A DNA stretch of 64,000 nt from Tubulanus polymorphus (Eukaryota > Animalia > Nemertea): contig NC_134026.1 of NCBI RefSeq assembly GCF_964204645.1, positions 26,570,150 to 26,634,149 on the forward strand, written 5' to 3'. Below the pieces are notes generated by a model. It saw nothing but the letters and a program-made list of their open reading frames with translations, had not been told where the DNA came from and searched no databases. Both the position numbers and the translations under genes were made by a program. Shown here in pieces: positions 1 through 13,295 of the stretch. Position 1 is the stretch's first letter. Each line of letters opens with the position of its first letter.

Positions 1-755
1 GATGTTGAATTAAATGACTTAAATTTTTTGCTCTGCAAGATGTTGCGAGTGATCTTTTTCAATCAATAGTAATTTTACTTTGACCCATTATTCTGAAAAA
101 GAAAGATATTGAATTTTAGTGAACTGAATTCTTAGACTAGCATTTGGGATTAAGAGAAAACTGATATTGCATAAAAATAGTTGTGATTTTCTCATAAACC
201 CAAATAGTATTGGAGATGATCATCAAAAAACTTTATTGTTGTAGATGTATTGTCTTACTGTTGTGCATTAGTTGGCAAAAGTTTAAATATTTTCGACCTC
301 TCAAACAAAATGCTTAAGTGAGACTTGAAGGTAAGTGATGTTATTCAACTTAAATCATTGTTTTGATAGTATTTGTTGTTGTTTGTCTGTATGAAATGTA
401 TAGTTGATTTGAAAAAATTTTAATGTGATTGATTTTAATATATATATTTGAATATTGGATGATATTTTTATGACATTCTTCTTTGAAGATTAATTTTCAG
501 AGATTTTTGCATGATAGATTTTACAGACTGAAATTGATCTACTTTTTTTCAAAAAATACTTTTTTTTACAAAATAAGATACATATATATCTTTATTTATT
601 ATTATTTACAAATATTGCACAAATTTTCCATTTCTCTTCACTTTAAAACATGTCGGACCAGGTTCTATACTCGTTCTCTGGGTAATGTAGAATGATTTAC
701 AGTTGTCCAAAACATAACATGATAGATAACATAATCTCTGCTTCAATTTTCTTAG

Positions 756-3700
756 GATAAGGTACAAAGTGTGCCCGATCGGCTGGCTGATCGAAGGTAT
801 AGTCTTTTGTTGCCCGATGGAACTCGTAATCCAAACTTATTGCTGCCGGATGGAATGGCTGATGGTATTTTTACAAATTCACCAAGACGATTAAGTACTC
901 AAAGCCTCGGCCCTGTTGTTGTTCCGGTAAGTTACACATGCTACAAAGTGTCCATCAATATAGTGGCCATATTTTGCACTTTGTACACATATCATTATTG
1001 AAGCCGTGATGGTTTTCTGATGGTTCTATGATAAAAATACAAAAAATCCAATACCAATAAAAACTGAAATCTGACTAGCAGATCTTTTTTATTACAGTAA
1101 ATGTCACTGCACATTTTCAATTTGCAAATTTCACAATGCTTGCTTTGCTATTATGACCATGTTCTACAGTTGTGTGAATTGATTAACGATGGAGTCACAA
1201 TTCGATCATTTCCAATTGTTTAACTCCACTGTATTGACCGACAACTGTCATCTAGCTCCAGGATTCTTTGAGAAAAATAACTAAAAGAAAGATAGCTGGA
1301 AACGGAAGAAATTCAACATTCATGATTTGACAGATTTTAATAACTAGATGGCCAGCTATAGAAATAAATTTCTTATGGAATCTTGTGATATGCCTGCGTA
1401 AGCTTTAATCACAAAAATTACAACTTGTTTCGAGAAGGAATTTCACTTACATGAATAGGCTATATGTATATATAGTATATTTTTTTATATTTATTTCAAT
1501 TTCTTGATATAATAAATATAAGGATGACTACCTGTCAGTGCCCAGACGACCGAGCACACAGAGTGTAGGACCATGCATTGTACCAGTAAGTTAACGCGTA
1601 CCACAATCAAACGTTACCCAAAACTAACCATTCAACATTTACCCTAAACCATAACCCTTTAACTAACCTCACCATGCATTCTGTACCTAACAATAATCAC
1701 TTCAGAGGTTTTCATGAGGATGGAGTTAACAAATACATGTACCATTATTTATAGTCGTATATAGTCGTACATTGTATATGAAATGATATATGAAGAATTT
1801 CCTGATATTCAAACTATACCTGTACTATAAGTAAGTCGCAACGATGTTGATTTTCAACAATACCACAATATCTAGACATTATTGAAAATAATCTTGATCT
1901 ATGTACCTCTATCGTACTCATGAAGGGTTTACAAATGAAAACTATTGTATGACCTCAAACCTACTGTACAGAAAATGTCCTTGGAATGCCACTCCCGCCA
2001 CAAATTTAACCTCACCAAACTATCTCAATAATTACTGGTCCTTCGACTATGTTCAGACCTTTGTTTGATTTTAACTGTCGATTCTATGATTTTGTAACTA
2101 AGATTTGTTATTTTGTAATTGTTCTGTCTGTCTGCTATTGAGTGATGATGTTTTTGCAATTTGCTGAATGAATGATCCCAAATTATTGTCTTGTCTGTCA
2201 CTTGTGTCAGTGAACTGAGTCCTTTTTCAAAATCTATATCTTTCATCGAACATACACCATAGAGACTACTCTGATTCTATGAATAAGAGAAGTTGGTCTT
2301 GTAATGATGTCTGATATCATTTATACCCAGCTGTGCTAGCTACTTCTATCCATATATTATGGTTTATTTTACCCCAATAACTACCATGTATAGATTTCCT
2401 GATTGGGATCAATCATCGTCATCGCCACAAAATTACAAGAACAGTTGTCATTAAATTCTTTTAGAAGGTGCTTCATCGGAATTCAAGTTTTCCTGCAATG
2501 GTATGTACGTACTGGCAGAATACCATGTGCTTATATATTACCACTTATTTATTCACACACTAGATATTAATATAGAAATGTATATTTTATTCAAATATTA
2601 TATATATCATAGAGGCGGCTCCAAATAGGCGATAGCTCTTAATATCAAACTGATGAAGATAAAAACTTTACTGCCATTTTACATGATGGTCCGAATTGTG
2701 CAGGCTGATTTTATGTATTCACCTTGTAGTTTCTAGAAGTTCAAAACCTCAAATGTTTTATTTACCGGTTGGAAATGTCACCTAATTTTGCAGTTCAATC
2801 TGTAGTTCTATTCTATCATCCACTGCTGAACTTTCAGAAACCTTATCTGTATCAGTGAATTTAGATCCCACTTTTTTCTCCTTATTCATTTTTCTATAAT
2901 GTATATTCTTCATATGTCGCACATGTTGATATTTATAGTTTCTGATACATGATTATTGACACCCGACTGATATTTCTTCTACTTCAATTATTCCTTTTCC
3001 ACTCTATTATCACTGTTGCATCTCATTAAAGTTGTTCGTCGCATCATTGAAAATTGTTTGCAGCCGATGCAATTAAACTATATATTCCAGTATTAAGCTA
3101 CGGAAAAGGTACATCTAACATCAGTCAGTGATGATAGAGTGCGCTTTTTCAATGCATATTATTTTCTTCTGATCCCGAGTCATTGGAGACAAACTGAAAT
3201 TGATGAAAGCCAATATTTTGAATGTTTGACTCCATTGGTTCTACTACACATAGACATATCCAACTCAACGTTTAAGAATTTTATTATGTCATCCATTTTC
3301 TTCTTCGCATCCTCCTGACTTCACATCTAGTGCGGTCAGCATTTCTCATTTGATTACATTTCTAATTTAATTTGGGAATGATGTTTGTAAATGGGTAAGC
3401 TGTAATCTCCAAAATCAGGTAGCATTCTATTGCTAATGGAATGTTCATTTAATGATTTAATGAACCTTTGATAATAGCTTTTCAAACTGCCTGCATCAAT
3501 CAATCTAATAGAATGAAATTTTTCAAATATATGAATAGTTCTAAAATGAAATAGAAATATTGTTTTCATGCTGTATAGATTTCATTCCAATCAAATGGAC
3601 AATTTGCAAGATAAAAAGTACAGTGATTTTGGTGTACCCTGCCATCTCACTGACCCATGCATGTTGTAACCTGTAGATAACCAGCATGACACTCTAATAT

Positions 3701-5549
3701 TCCCATCTAGGATGTGACTATTGAAGACGTTGCTGAAGCTACAGTAAGATCATGTACACTATGCTTTCTATTATCTCTCTTCATCATTATGAGGCACATA
3801 TATCACCATCCGGTTAATAGATATGAGTACATTTTGCTAATTCGTTCATTTAGACATATACATTATACATAATTCACAATTCATTTCAATTGGAATAAAC
3901 CGATGACTTCTTATGTGCCTGATATTTGCATGCAGTGCATGAGTGAGTTTTGTTGAGATTATTACGTAATTACCTAACTTTGCTGTTGTTTCCTAAGTTG
4001 AAAATCGCATCCAATCCAGTTTTTTTTTGTCTGATTTTTGCTGATGAAATTTTATACAAAATTTAAGAAATCAGCCAAATATACATGATGTATATATCTA
4101 TATATGTAATCTGTCTACGTTACAGCAGGGGTCTACGAAAAATAAAGTTTTATTGCGTAAAGTATGCTGCTTTAGTTTTGTTTGGTAATAGTATGTTAGA
4201 ATTATAGGTTAGACATATTTGTTGTTTAGGTTTGCAATGAGATTTGTAGAGAATTTAGTTTATTTAGAGGAGAAAATTAAGCTAAGGGTTGGTTTATAAA
4301 TGATTGTTTCCTGCTTAAAGATGGAAATAATTTTCTGCTTCACCCTTATTTGTTGATTAGTTACTGAAACTTAACTGAATTCATGCGGCTGTGTTTTGGC
4401 TCCGATTGGTTTTTTTTATTTAGGGTCATAGATAAATGTTAAAGTGAAAACGTTTTTTGTGTTCTGCTATTACTGACTACTGACCACTTTCAGAAGGCAA
4501 ATATCTAAACTACGAGTTTTACTGTGATACATGTTTTGTGTTATAATCATTAGTTTTATAAGTTGTTCATTTGTTCGAAAATCACGAAAAAATGCTTAAT
4601 GTTCTGCACTTTAGAAATATAGAGTTTTGTGAATCATTTGATAACAGCAGTTTTATATAAAGGTTTTCACACTTCTTGAAATATGTTACATTGGCAAATT
4701 CCCTGATGACTATGATATATTGATTTCCTGTTGAAAATTTCCATTTAACTTCCCTGTCGGTGATAATGTCGTTTTGAAATGTCATTTGTGGATTTGGAAT
4801 TTTTCAATTGTTCATGACCTGAAAATAAGGCTACATGGGTAGGTTTATTTTACAAATGTATTTATCCAGTTTCACATTACTCATCTTTTGTACAGTTGTA
4901 GTATTCAACTATGAAAATGATTTTAGAAATTATATTTCCTTATGACCATAAAGAGATGATCAATCAATATAGCCGATTTGGGTTCTTATCATTTTGATAG
5001 AGATTATCCAGTCATTAGAGTTGTTTCACTTAGACCAGTTAGTTGTTTATGACTTATTGATATGGATTTATGTAGAAATCTATCCCTGGCAGGGAATGGC
5101 AGTATGTTCCTGGTCTCATATTAATGATTTTCAAATGGAAATTTTGAGTTAAATTGTTATTGTTATTTGTGATACGTACTTAACCACATTATTTTACCCT
5201 CGTTTCCAAAAGCAATGGTCTAAAAGATTAACATGTGGCTCAGTTTTGGATCAAATTTGAATTATGCACAATTCAGCCAAAGAAATTGTTTCCATCATAT
5301 CCGATCCCTAGTCTTAATACGATATTCTGTTTTTCAGGAACCAGAAAGACGAGAGAGCAAGTTTAATCTTTTCGACACAATCAGTCCGACACTGCAACGT
5401 AGAACTAGTTTCACAACATTAGGTGAAAGTGTGGTGAGTGCAAATTGTATAAGGCCTGGTATCTCAATGTTCCGACTTTTCTACGTATAATCTTTGATAT
5501 TTCATCTTATTTTCAGATGCAGTTGTTCACTGGCAAATCATCAGGGTGA
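756..5549 (+). CDS. 3' part of an unidentified multi-exon gene; C-terminal tail built from phase-0 (micro)exons; 5' part probably lies upstream of the window
   Basis: AG/GT-bounded, frame-preserving exons: 756-926 (DKVQSVPDRLADRRYS...RRLSTQSLGPVVVP), 1523-1585 (DDYLSVPRRPSTQSVGPCIVP), 2465-2500 (KVLHRNSSFPAM), 3711-3743 (DVTIEDVAEAT), 4126-4161 (QGSTKNKVLLRK), possibly 5093-5101 (GMA), 5338-5433 (EPERRES...RRTSFTTLGESV) and 5517-5549 (MQLFTGKSSG*). Family not recognised. Confidence 0.6.
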
Positions 5550-8122
5550 TGATGATATCTCTACCCTACCCTGGTTTGTTGGTCCCAGTGTGTTGTCTAG
5601 CCCGGTGTACCCTTCATTGAAAAGGCGTGTTGCCCTCGATAGAACCCCAATCGTGGTATATATGGGAATGGTGTTAGTTTATCAATACCCCATAGTGGTT
5701 ATATTGTGCCATATATTGCACACATAGTGGATATGTAATTGTACAAAAAAAGCACTGTAAAAAGATTAAGTAATGTTTGTCATTGTTATATGATAGTAAT
5801 GAAGAACCAAAGTGGTAGCTAATCTCCTCAAATTGTCGACCATATTTGAAAAACAAAACTGAATATACCAAAATATATTTCATTATGGATTTTGAGACTT
5901 GTTTCTCGGCATTGATGATTCTTACATTTAACAAGAATTTTACTTATTCAAGTTGTTGAGGAGGGATTTTAGGGATGTAGTTTCGTAGTTATGTAATATT
6001 CAAGGAACAGGAGGCTTGAAAATGTGATATGTCATAAGTAAGGAAGTCAGTTGTTGGATTGGAGAAGCCCAAATGGGGAACAAAGTAAATAAGGTTGGAG
6101 GATTGATGATTGTTTTTATATGGAGGCTGTAAGAAAACCTATAATCAGGGCTGCTCAGAATGGCTCTTGAGGAATCCTTCAAATCTTCACAATGTTACAA
6201 ATAGTTTTGTGCTATTGAGGATAAGAGCATATGTGAACAATAAAAATGCACTATCAGCATTTTTGCTATGTCTCGTCTTGACAAGACCTTCGAAACAGCC
6301 CTGAAATGTACATAAACTAGATATGAATATTTTCCTTGTGCCAATAACTACTATATGTCAGCTGTTGTTGTTATGAAACGGTGATCTCTAAATAAAAGTT
6401 TAGTTGATTGTTTGTTTGCATTTTAGGTGGTGTCAGTAGATGATGTGAATATCTATCCGCTTTATATAGGCATAGGTGTTATTCATCTACTTTTAGAACT
6501 AATGATAAGGCTTCATTAATTCATTATTGTTGACACCTTCAGAAATATTTTGGATCAAAGGCAACCGTTGCATGTATTAATATTGAAATGGTCAACACAA
6601 TTTTTGGTGTTTTTTATGTAGAAAATAAAACAAATTCATGCAACCACTTATTCCTCGGTCATTTGCTATTTTGAAGCCTAAAACCTCTACAACCTGTTAA
6701 TCATGAAATGGTTCAAATTTATTTGTATTTAGATCTTTATACAATGTAAATATTGTACATAATTTGTATTTTGTTATACTGCATCATTCTATTCAATGTT
6801 CCATAAAATAAGATATTACAGAATAACACATGGAAGAAGATGATTTGTAAATGGATCAACACATATATAATATAAAACAGCATATATTGTATATAGAAAA
6901 TGAATACATTGTACGCCTATGGTGAATATGAAAAACATTTTCAAAGCTATGTATTTGATATACCTAAAAGTTAATGGAAATATGTAACTGCCTGTGAAGC
7001 AGGGTAACTTAATATAGTATAACAGAATTAATTGTATCATTTCACGGGTTTATCATGGAAAGCCTAAAAAAACTGGTTCGTGTTAGACAACCTCAATGGA
7101 ATCACTGTCACAGGAACCATGCTTAGATCTGTATTTATTATGGAGTTTAACAGATTTTCAGTTATCATGTTGAAAATGAAACGGGATATGTAATGGCTTA
7201 TCTTCAACAATTCTCACAATGTTTTCTGTTTAATGAGTATTCTTTATATTTGTGTTAAGATAAAAATGGAAATCATGGCTGTAAAGTAAACCTTAAAAAG
7301 AAGGCAAACCTTATGTTAGCAAGAAATAAATGAGATCCCTTCCAAGATGATACCTCACACATAACCTATCACTGCATTTGGAGTACGACATGCTACAACA
7401 TGTTATGGTTACAATTAACATTTCTGAAAAAGCAATGACTTAGCCCTATAAAACTTCCTTCAACATCACATTGAGAATCTAGTACTATGTTTGATAATAA
7501 ATGTATTTAGTTTCATGCTATTGTTTGGGTAATGTTGATGAGGATGTAATATACCAACTCTGCCACTATTTCGTCCAGTGAAGTGGAGAAGTCACCACCT
7601 TACAACCGCTCAATTACTTGTGTAATTCATATTATCGGGCTCTTACAGCGGGCGGACAATCTACGTTACTACTATTGTGTTTCAGTTTTAATTGTGATGC
7701 CCAGTGTATATAAAGTTAAATGTTTCATGTACTCATAGAAAATATATCGATATGTATAGAATATATATTGGAACACACACAAAATATAGATAAAACAGCC
7801 TCATGTGAATGTATATAGCTTTTTACAGAGAAAAAACAATTGGAAATGTTGAATATGTATTTTGTTGTTAGAAATTAATTTATACAATTACTAAATAGTT
7901 TTACAATACTAAAGTGTACCTCTAAGCAAAAATTATTGTTTCGTTTTTAGATGTCTTGGTTTCTTTTTTCTCTGTTATCCCTGCGCCGCAATAACGTCGC
8001 TTGGGATCTGATTATTCGATTGGTTTTAGTTCAACTAAGTAAGTTGTAGTTTCTTCCAGAACAATCAGTCGGGCCAGTGTAGTCAATACTACAGAATGAA
8101 GTGTGTTTTCACACTTAACATC

Positions 8123-8150
8123 GAACTCAAATCAAATTTGATTTGAGTTC
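8123..8150. repeat. Perfect 28-bp palindrome
   Basis: GAACTCAAATCAAA|TTTGATTTGAGTTC is its own reverse complement. Confidence 0.9.
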
Positions 8151-8831
8151 TATGCACACATCTACAACACTTGCATTGGACTTGACATCGTTCAGCTGAA
8201 ATGGAACCAAAAGAAAAAGATAGTTGTTCAGAATATCTGCAGCTGAATGAGCAGCCATCGAGACAAAAGACATAGCGAACATTATTTCGAACATCGAAAC
8301 CCAAAATAGAATGTCAATAACAGAACTTCGGGGTTTTACCAATTTTACTGAATTACCTTTGAATATATCCTAAAGTGATATTTGACATAAATCTTAAGGA
8401 CTGGTCTTTAAGTTGTTAGTTGGTCTATATAACTTTTATTTAGATCACAATCCAAGATTGTTTTTCATGTGCCAAAGAAAACTGCGAAGGAAATACGTGC
8501 TTTCGCTGTAAAACTGTATTTATGTAGCAGTAAAACATGAAACTATATTTACTAAATTTTTTGTTCACAATTATACAGTATTTATCATAAATGATGTACA
8601 CAATTTTGTGCTATTGTGTTAGACACAATGAAATTTATCAGATACGAACATGGATCCAATGGAAAAACTAACGGTGATTATCATATGTAGGGATAGGCCG
8701 GATTACCATTGGTTAGTTTGTAATTCAAAATCTATTTTGTAGTTTGAACACCTCGACATAAATTCATTCTAACAGCTTCGTTTGTGCTTTCACTTCCGCG
8801 TAATTAAATTCAGAACAGAAAAAAACAAACG

Positions 8832-11432
8832 ATGATTCGTAGACGGAATAGAATTATTGTCTGTTTTCAATTTTCTCTGATTATCTGCATTGTTAGTCAA
8901 GGATTATCGACCGATGAACCGACGAAATATGTAACAAAATCAACAACAACACCAGGTATTTCAGTGATGAATCATATATTATCTCGTACGTCGGATCATG
9001 GACGTTTAAACTCTAGTTTGTACGTCACTGGTCGGATGAAGATTCTAAATAGAAAATATCAAGTGAAACGTTATAGTTTTGATTTAGATGTTAATTTCTT
9101 TACGTAGTTCCAAAATGTAACATTAAAGCGGAGCTGGGTGAACCCCGAGACCGCGCTTCGAGTAACGCAACATTCACTTTGGATCTTATCTACGATGACG
9201 ACAATGATCAACAGTCCGATATCAAAATGCACTTGAACACAGCATCGATCAAGTGCGAAAAATTAGATCGTTTGAAAGGAATAAGAGTCACGCCTCCGAA
9301 AACCAAATGGGATATTGACTGGTTTGTACACACATTCAAGGTGAGTTATGTATGTTTTATTATTGTCGAAAGTCTCTCATCGATGACGATAAACATGAAG
9401 TATCAATTCACAAAACGTGGGAACGGATTTATATTCTTCTTAAATTATCAGATTTTAAAGAACAGTAATCTTCAGAAATCAATAATGAGTGATAGCTGGA
9501 TAGAAAAGGATGTTGAAAACTTTGCTTTAAGAAACAAAGGTAAATCTCCAGTCAATGTTCTAGCAAAATATCCGCCCTCGAATTCTGATGTCATCACGAC
9601 ATATAAAGTGTATTGTCTTTTAAGTAGAAATCAGAACGCTGTATCATATATTAGAATTCCGAAAGCAAGCACAATGAATCAATCAAAGAAGATGACCAAA
9701 ATGAGCGAAATATTTGGCTACAACGGCAATTAGAACAATTAGAACAAAAAATTTAAGGAAATAATAAACTATGTCAGCTAAAAACATAATATTCGCTTCA
9801 GGTGTGACATGGGAAGCAAATATTCTCACAGGAAATCGATCGGAACGATTTGGAGAAACATTGGCTAATATTTGGCTGAAACTTTACGGTGGCGGTCAAT
9901 TTAATTCACGTGGTATCAGCGTAAAGGCAACAGTTCACAATGGAGAACGACATTTTACATTTCATACTGTAGATGTTGGTGATCTTTCGGCCATCAAGAT
10001 ATGGCATGACGGTAAAAACGGTTTTCCTGAATGGAACCTTGAACAGGTAGGTATACAGAAAGAAATACGATATCATAAATAAAAATAAATGGTGATTGGT
10101 TCAACGTATTTCTGAATTGAATTGATTTGATTAATTGTTAAAGGTTAAACTACGTCGTTCCGATAGATCTATAGATTATCTTGCCAATTGTGACTGTTGG
10201 ATCACAACTGATGGAATGATTCGCCAGGGAATATTTCTGGGAAGATCGCCGAAATTAGATGGTAAGTTTTCTTGTTTAATTATTGATGTAGATACTATAA
10301 TGAAACTACTTTTTATTCAATCATCTCATTTTCAAATTCAGCCATTCTAGAAATAGAAATCCCGAAAGTAACTATCGAAGCGAATCAAATCACCACTACC
10401 GTAGAAGCTATCACCGAGAAGGAACCAACAGACGCAAATACACCCCCCTGGAAATTTTTTGTTAATTACGTCGGATGGATTGTGTGTGCCATTGTCATTT
10501 TGATGTTTGTAGTGCTTATTATGATAGGAAAAAAAAGAAAGAAAAGAAAGAAAAAGGGAGATATCACATTAGATCCGATAGTCAATCGTGCTCAAGGTAT
10601 ATCTGCGGTAGATAAAGCGAAATAAGTCTGTTTAACTAGGGATAGAGTTCCAATAATTTAATACCGATATATCTTTTAAGGAGATGATGCTCGTCTTGAT
10701 ACTTGTATCGAAAACAATATTCCAGCGACCCCAAAATTGTCGGAGAATACATTTCCAACTGCAACAAACGGTGTGCAGATTCACGTTCGGCACGAACAGA
10801 GTAACGGCAATAGGGACAATCTTGCCGTTGGTAAAAACGCAATTGCGACATTTATTGACGAAGATGATCAAAAAATGTATGTCGAACCTGACCAAATTGT
10901 TGATGCCCAAGAATTCCAAAATCAGATCGTTTCTGAACAGATCACAGCTCCACAATGGAAGAACAGGCCGGGTCCATCGGTAAGTATCTTTATTTCAACA
11001 TAGAACTCAAGTTCTATGATTTCAAGTCGCATCTCAGTAGATTCGATTCGCCGTAGATTATGTAATGTTACAATTATTGATATCCCGAAGTAAGAAGGCG
11101 ATAAATGATAATTTTATATACCAAAACGATATCGTGTATCTTATTTTCAGAATGAGCCTCTTTATCTGGAACTAGTAAAAGACCTGCAAAGCGAACTTGC
11201 TGGCAGCAGAAATCGCTTATCCGATCCTGTAGATGAGGATTTGTACGGAATTGCATCTCCTAAATTAAGCGCAACAGGAACCTTTGCAAATGCTTTGACT
11301 CCAGGAGCAAATTCTCCAATTTATGAGAACATACTTCATTTAAATAATGGGCCTGCTTATCCCGATATTTCAGAGGCAGATGCGATTTATGAGAATCATC
11401 ATTTTCCCAGTTATGACAAAAAAGGAAAGTGA
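8832..11432 (+). CDS. Type I single-pass membrane protein (~544 aa) with PLAT/LH2 ectodomain and Tyr-motif-rich cytoplasmic tail
   Basis: Eight in-frame exons: 8832-8955, 9108-9340, 9452-9539, 9802-10046, 10144-10261, 10351-10596, 10681-10979, 11151-11432. N-terminal hydrophobic signal; PLAT signature (ILTG...ETLANIWLKLYG...DVGDLSAIKIWHDGKNGFPEWNLEQV...CDCWI); TM YVGWIVCAIVILMFVVLIMIG followed by a KKRKKRKK stop-transfer; tail motifs YVEP, YLEL, YGIA, YENI, YPDI, YENH. Confidence 0.8.
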
Positions 11433-12347
11433 GATTTGAAAGTTTGAAGTATATTGAAATGAAATATTCTAAGGAAAATGAATCAGTTAAAAGTAAGTCT
11501 ATTCACTGATCGCCTGTGTGTATTGGGTTGATACAATGTCGTGTTTGTACGAGGAAGTGTGGTGTGCAGTATTGATAAATACCGGATGTGAAACGATCGA
11601 ATGATTAGTTGTTATTCATTTCTCAGAACAAGCTTATCAGACTATGCGGGAATGACAAAATATTTAAAAAAACCGAAATAAATTCGATACTGGTTACGTT
11701 TATTTTATCTAATCACGAGCTACTATGATGTGTATTATCTTTCATCCTCAAACATGATGCACCGACCATTGTAGAAAAGCATATTATCAGTTACTGGTGT
11801 TAGTCATTTCATAGTTATAGGTAATGACTTTTTAATTTAGTTAATTCGTTTATATTGTGTTTATTATTTTTTCTCTGAATTCAACATATTCCATTGGTTT
11901 CTAGAATTGCACCATTTGTCTGTGGAAATGCGATAAACTGCAATAAATACGTTATGAATTAGCTATCATAACATATCCTTATTGTCATTCAAATAAAACA
12001 TAGTTTCAGACCCCAAATAGTGTTTGACATTTTATCTGTAAAATAGCGAAATAATTTCTAACACATGATCTACCTTCGTTCTAAGCCACTATATCAATTT
12101 ATCTATGATTATATGCATGTAATCTATCAGTACTCGTATTGATATTGTAACATCACGAGTGTGTAAATAAAGGTGAAGTATTCTGAATGAAAATCATCTA
12201 GACATTTGATAAGGAGGATATGTGTTTGCCTATTTTGGACAACTGTATTTCCTAAATTTGATTTTGAAAAAATAAAATCTACTAATTCATAAAAACTTCA
12301 TCTAAGTACGTAATTTTCTACTAAATGGATCAAAAACTTGGGCATTT

Positions 12348-13295
12348 TCATCGACAATTACAAAATTTCTTTAATTCCACTCGAATATCACGACCAGTCA
12401 CAACGTAAAAGAAGAAATTCAGAGAATAATTCCATGTTGTTATTAGATCACACATAGTCAAAGGAATGTCTAGGGTTGGCATTTCGGGATAAATTTGACA
12501 CGCTGGCCATATGGTGTTCGGAGATACCATAGAAACCACGAAGAATATAGATGTTGCCGACACCATTATTGATACTTGAGTCGAAACGGAAGATACCACT
12601 TTGCTTTTAGAAAAATCCCGTTTTCTTTGTACAAGTGTAATAATGATAACGGTAGTTGTGATGGACAATACGGTAGATGGAATGAATGAACTTTGAGTAG
12701 TATTAGCCCAGTAGAGAAAACTTGAAGAATAAAATGTGACACAACCAACGCCAGGTACATACACTACTTCCCACCACATCTGAATGTGGCACACAAACAC
12801 AAATAGCAGAATTAAAGATAGACAAATAGAGACGGTTTTACGGGTCCAGAATCGCGGGGCTGTGAACGGGAAACGAATGACCGACATCCGCTCTGTCGCT
12901 ATTATCACCAGAATCAGAGGACTGGCAGTTCCAAAGTAAATCCACACATAGTCAACTAAGCTACATATGAATGCACTATGGATAAATGTCCCCAGTCCAA
13001 TGTCTGTTAAATGATAAACGATCTCACAAACTGTCGTTATCAGCACGAACAATAAAACGATACAATCCGAAATAGCCAGCACGCTAAATGGAAGACTGTA
13101 AGACTGTTGTCTGAATTTTGGTCTGGACATCACTACAACTATCAACGGATTTCCGACCAAACCAAAAACAACGCATAAACCATTGTTTACGCTACGTATA
13201 AGTAACCGGGTTGCACTGATGTGGTATCGAGGTATCCAGAACATTTCCGCTACTGACAGCATATAGGAATTTGATGTGCCGTTGTCAAAATCCAT
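12348..13295 (-). CDS. Intronless rhodopsin-class GPCR, peptide-receptor-like (FMRFamide/sex-peptide-receptor-like orphan group)
   Basis: Seven hydrophobic segments; GN in TM1, LAxxD in TM2, ERM in place of DRY followed by FPF, TM7 NYSLNFFFY. First ATG at 13295 (MDFDNGTS, N-glycosylation site). Confidence 0.85.
   Translation of the reverse strand: MDFDNGTSNSYMLSVAEMFWIPRYHISATRLLIRSVNNGLCVVFGLVGNPLIVVVMSRPKFRQQSYSLPFSVLAISDCIVLLFVLITTVCEIVYHLTDIGLGTFIHSAFICSLVDYVWIYFGTASPLILVIIATERMSVIRFPFTAPRFWTRKTVSICLSLILLFVFVCHIQMWWEVVYVPGVGCVTFYSSSFLYWANTTQSSFIPSTVLSITTTVIIITLVQRKRDFSKSKVVSSVSTQVSIMVSATSIFFVVSMVSPNTIWPACQIYPEMPTLDIPLTMCDLITTWNYSLNFFFYVVTGRDIRVELKKFCNCR

Noticed and set aside
245-330. 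AG/GT-bounded segment upstream of exon 756
   Set aside because: Stops in all three frames; cannot be placed as coding without upstream sequence.
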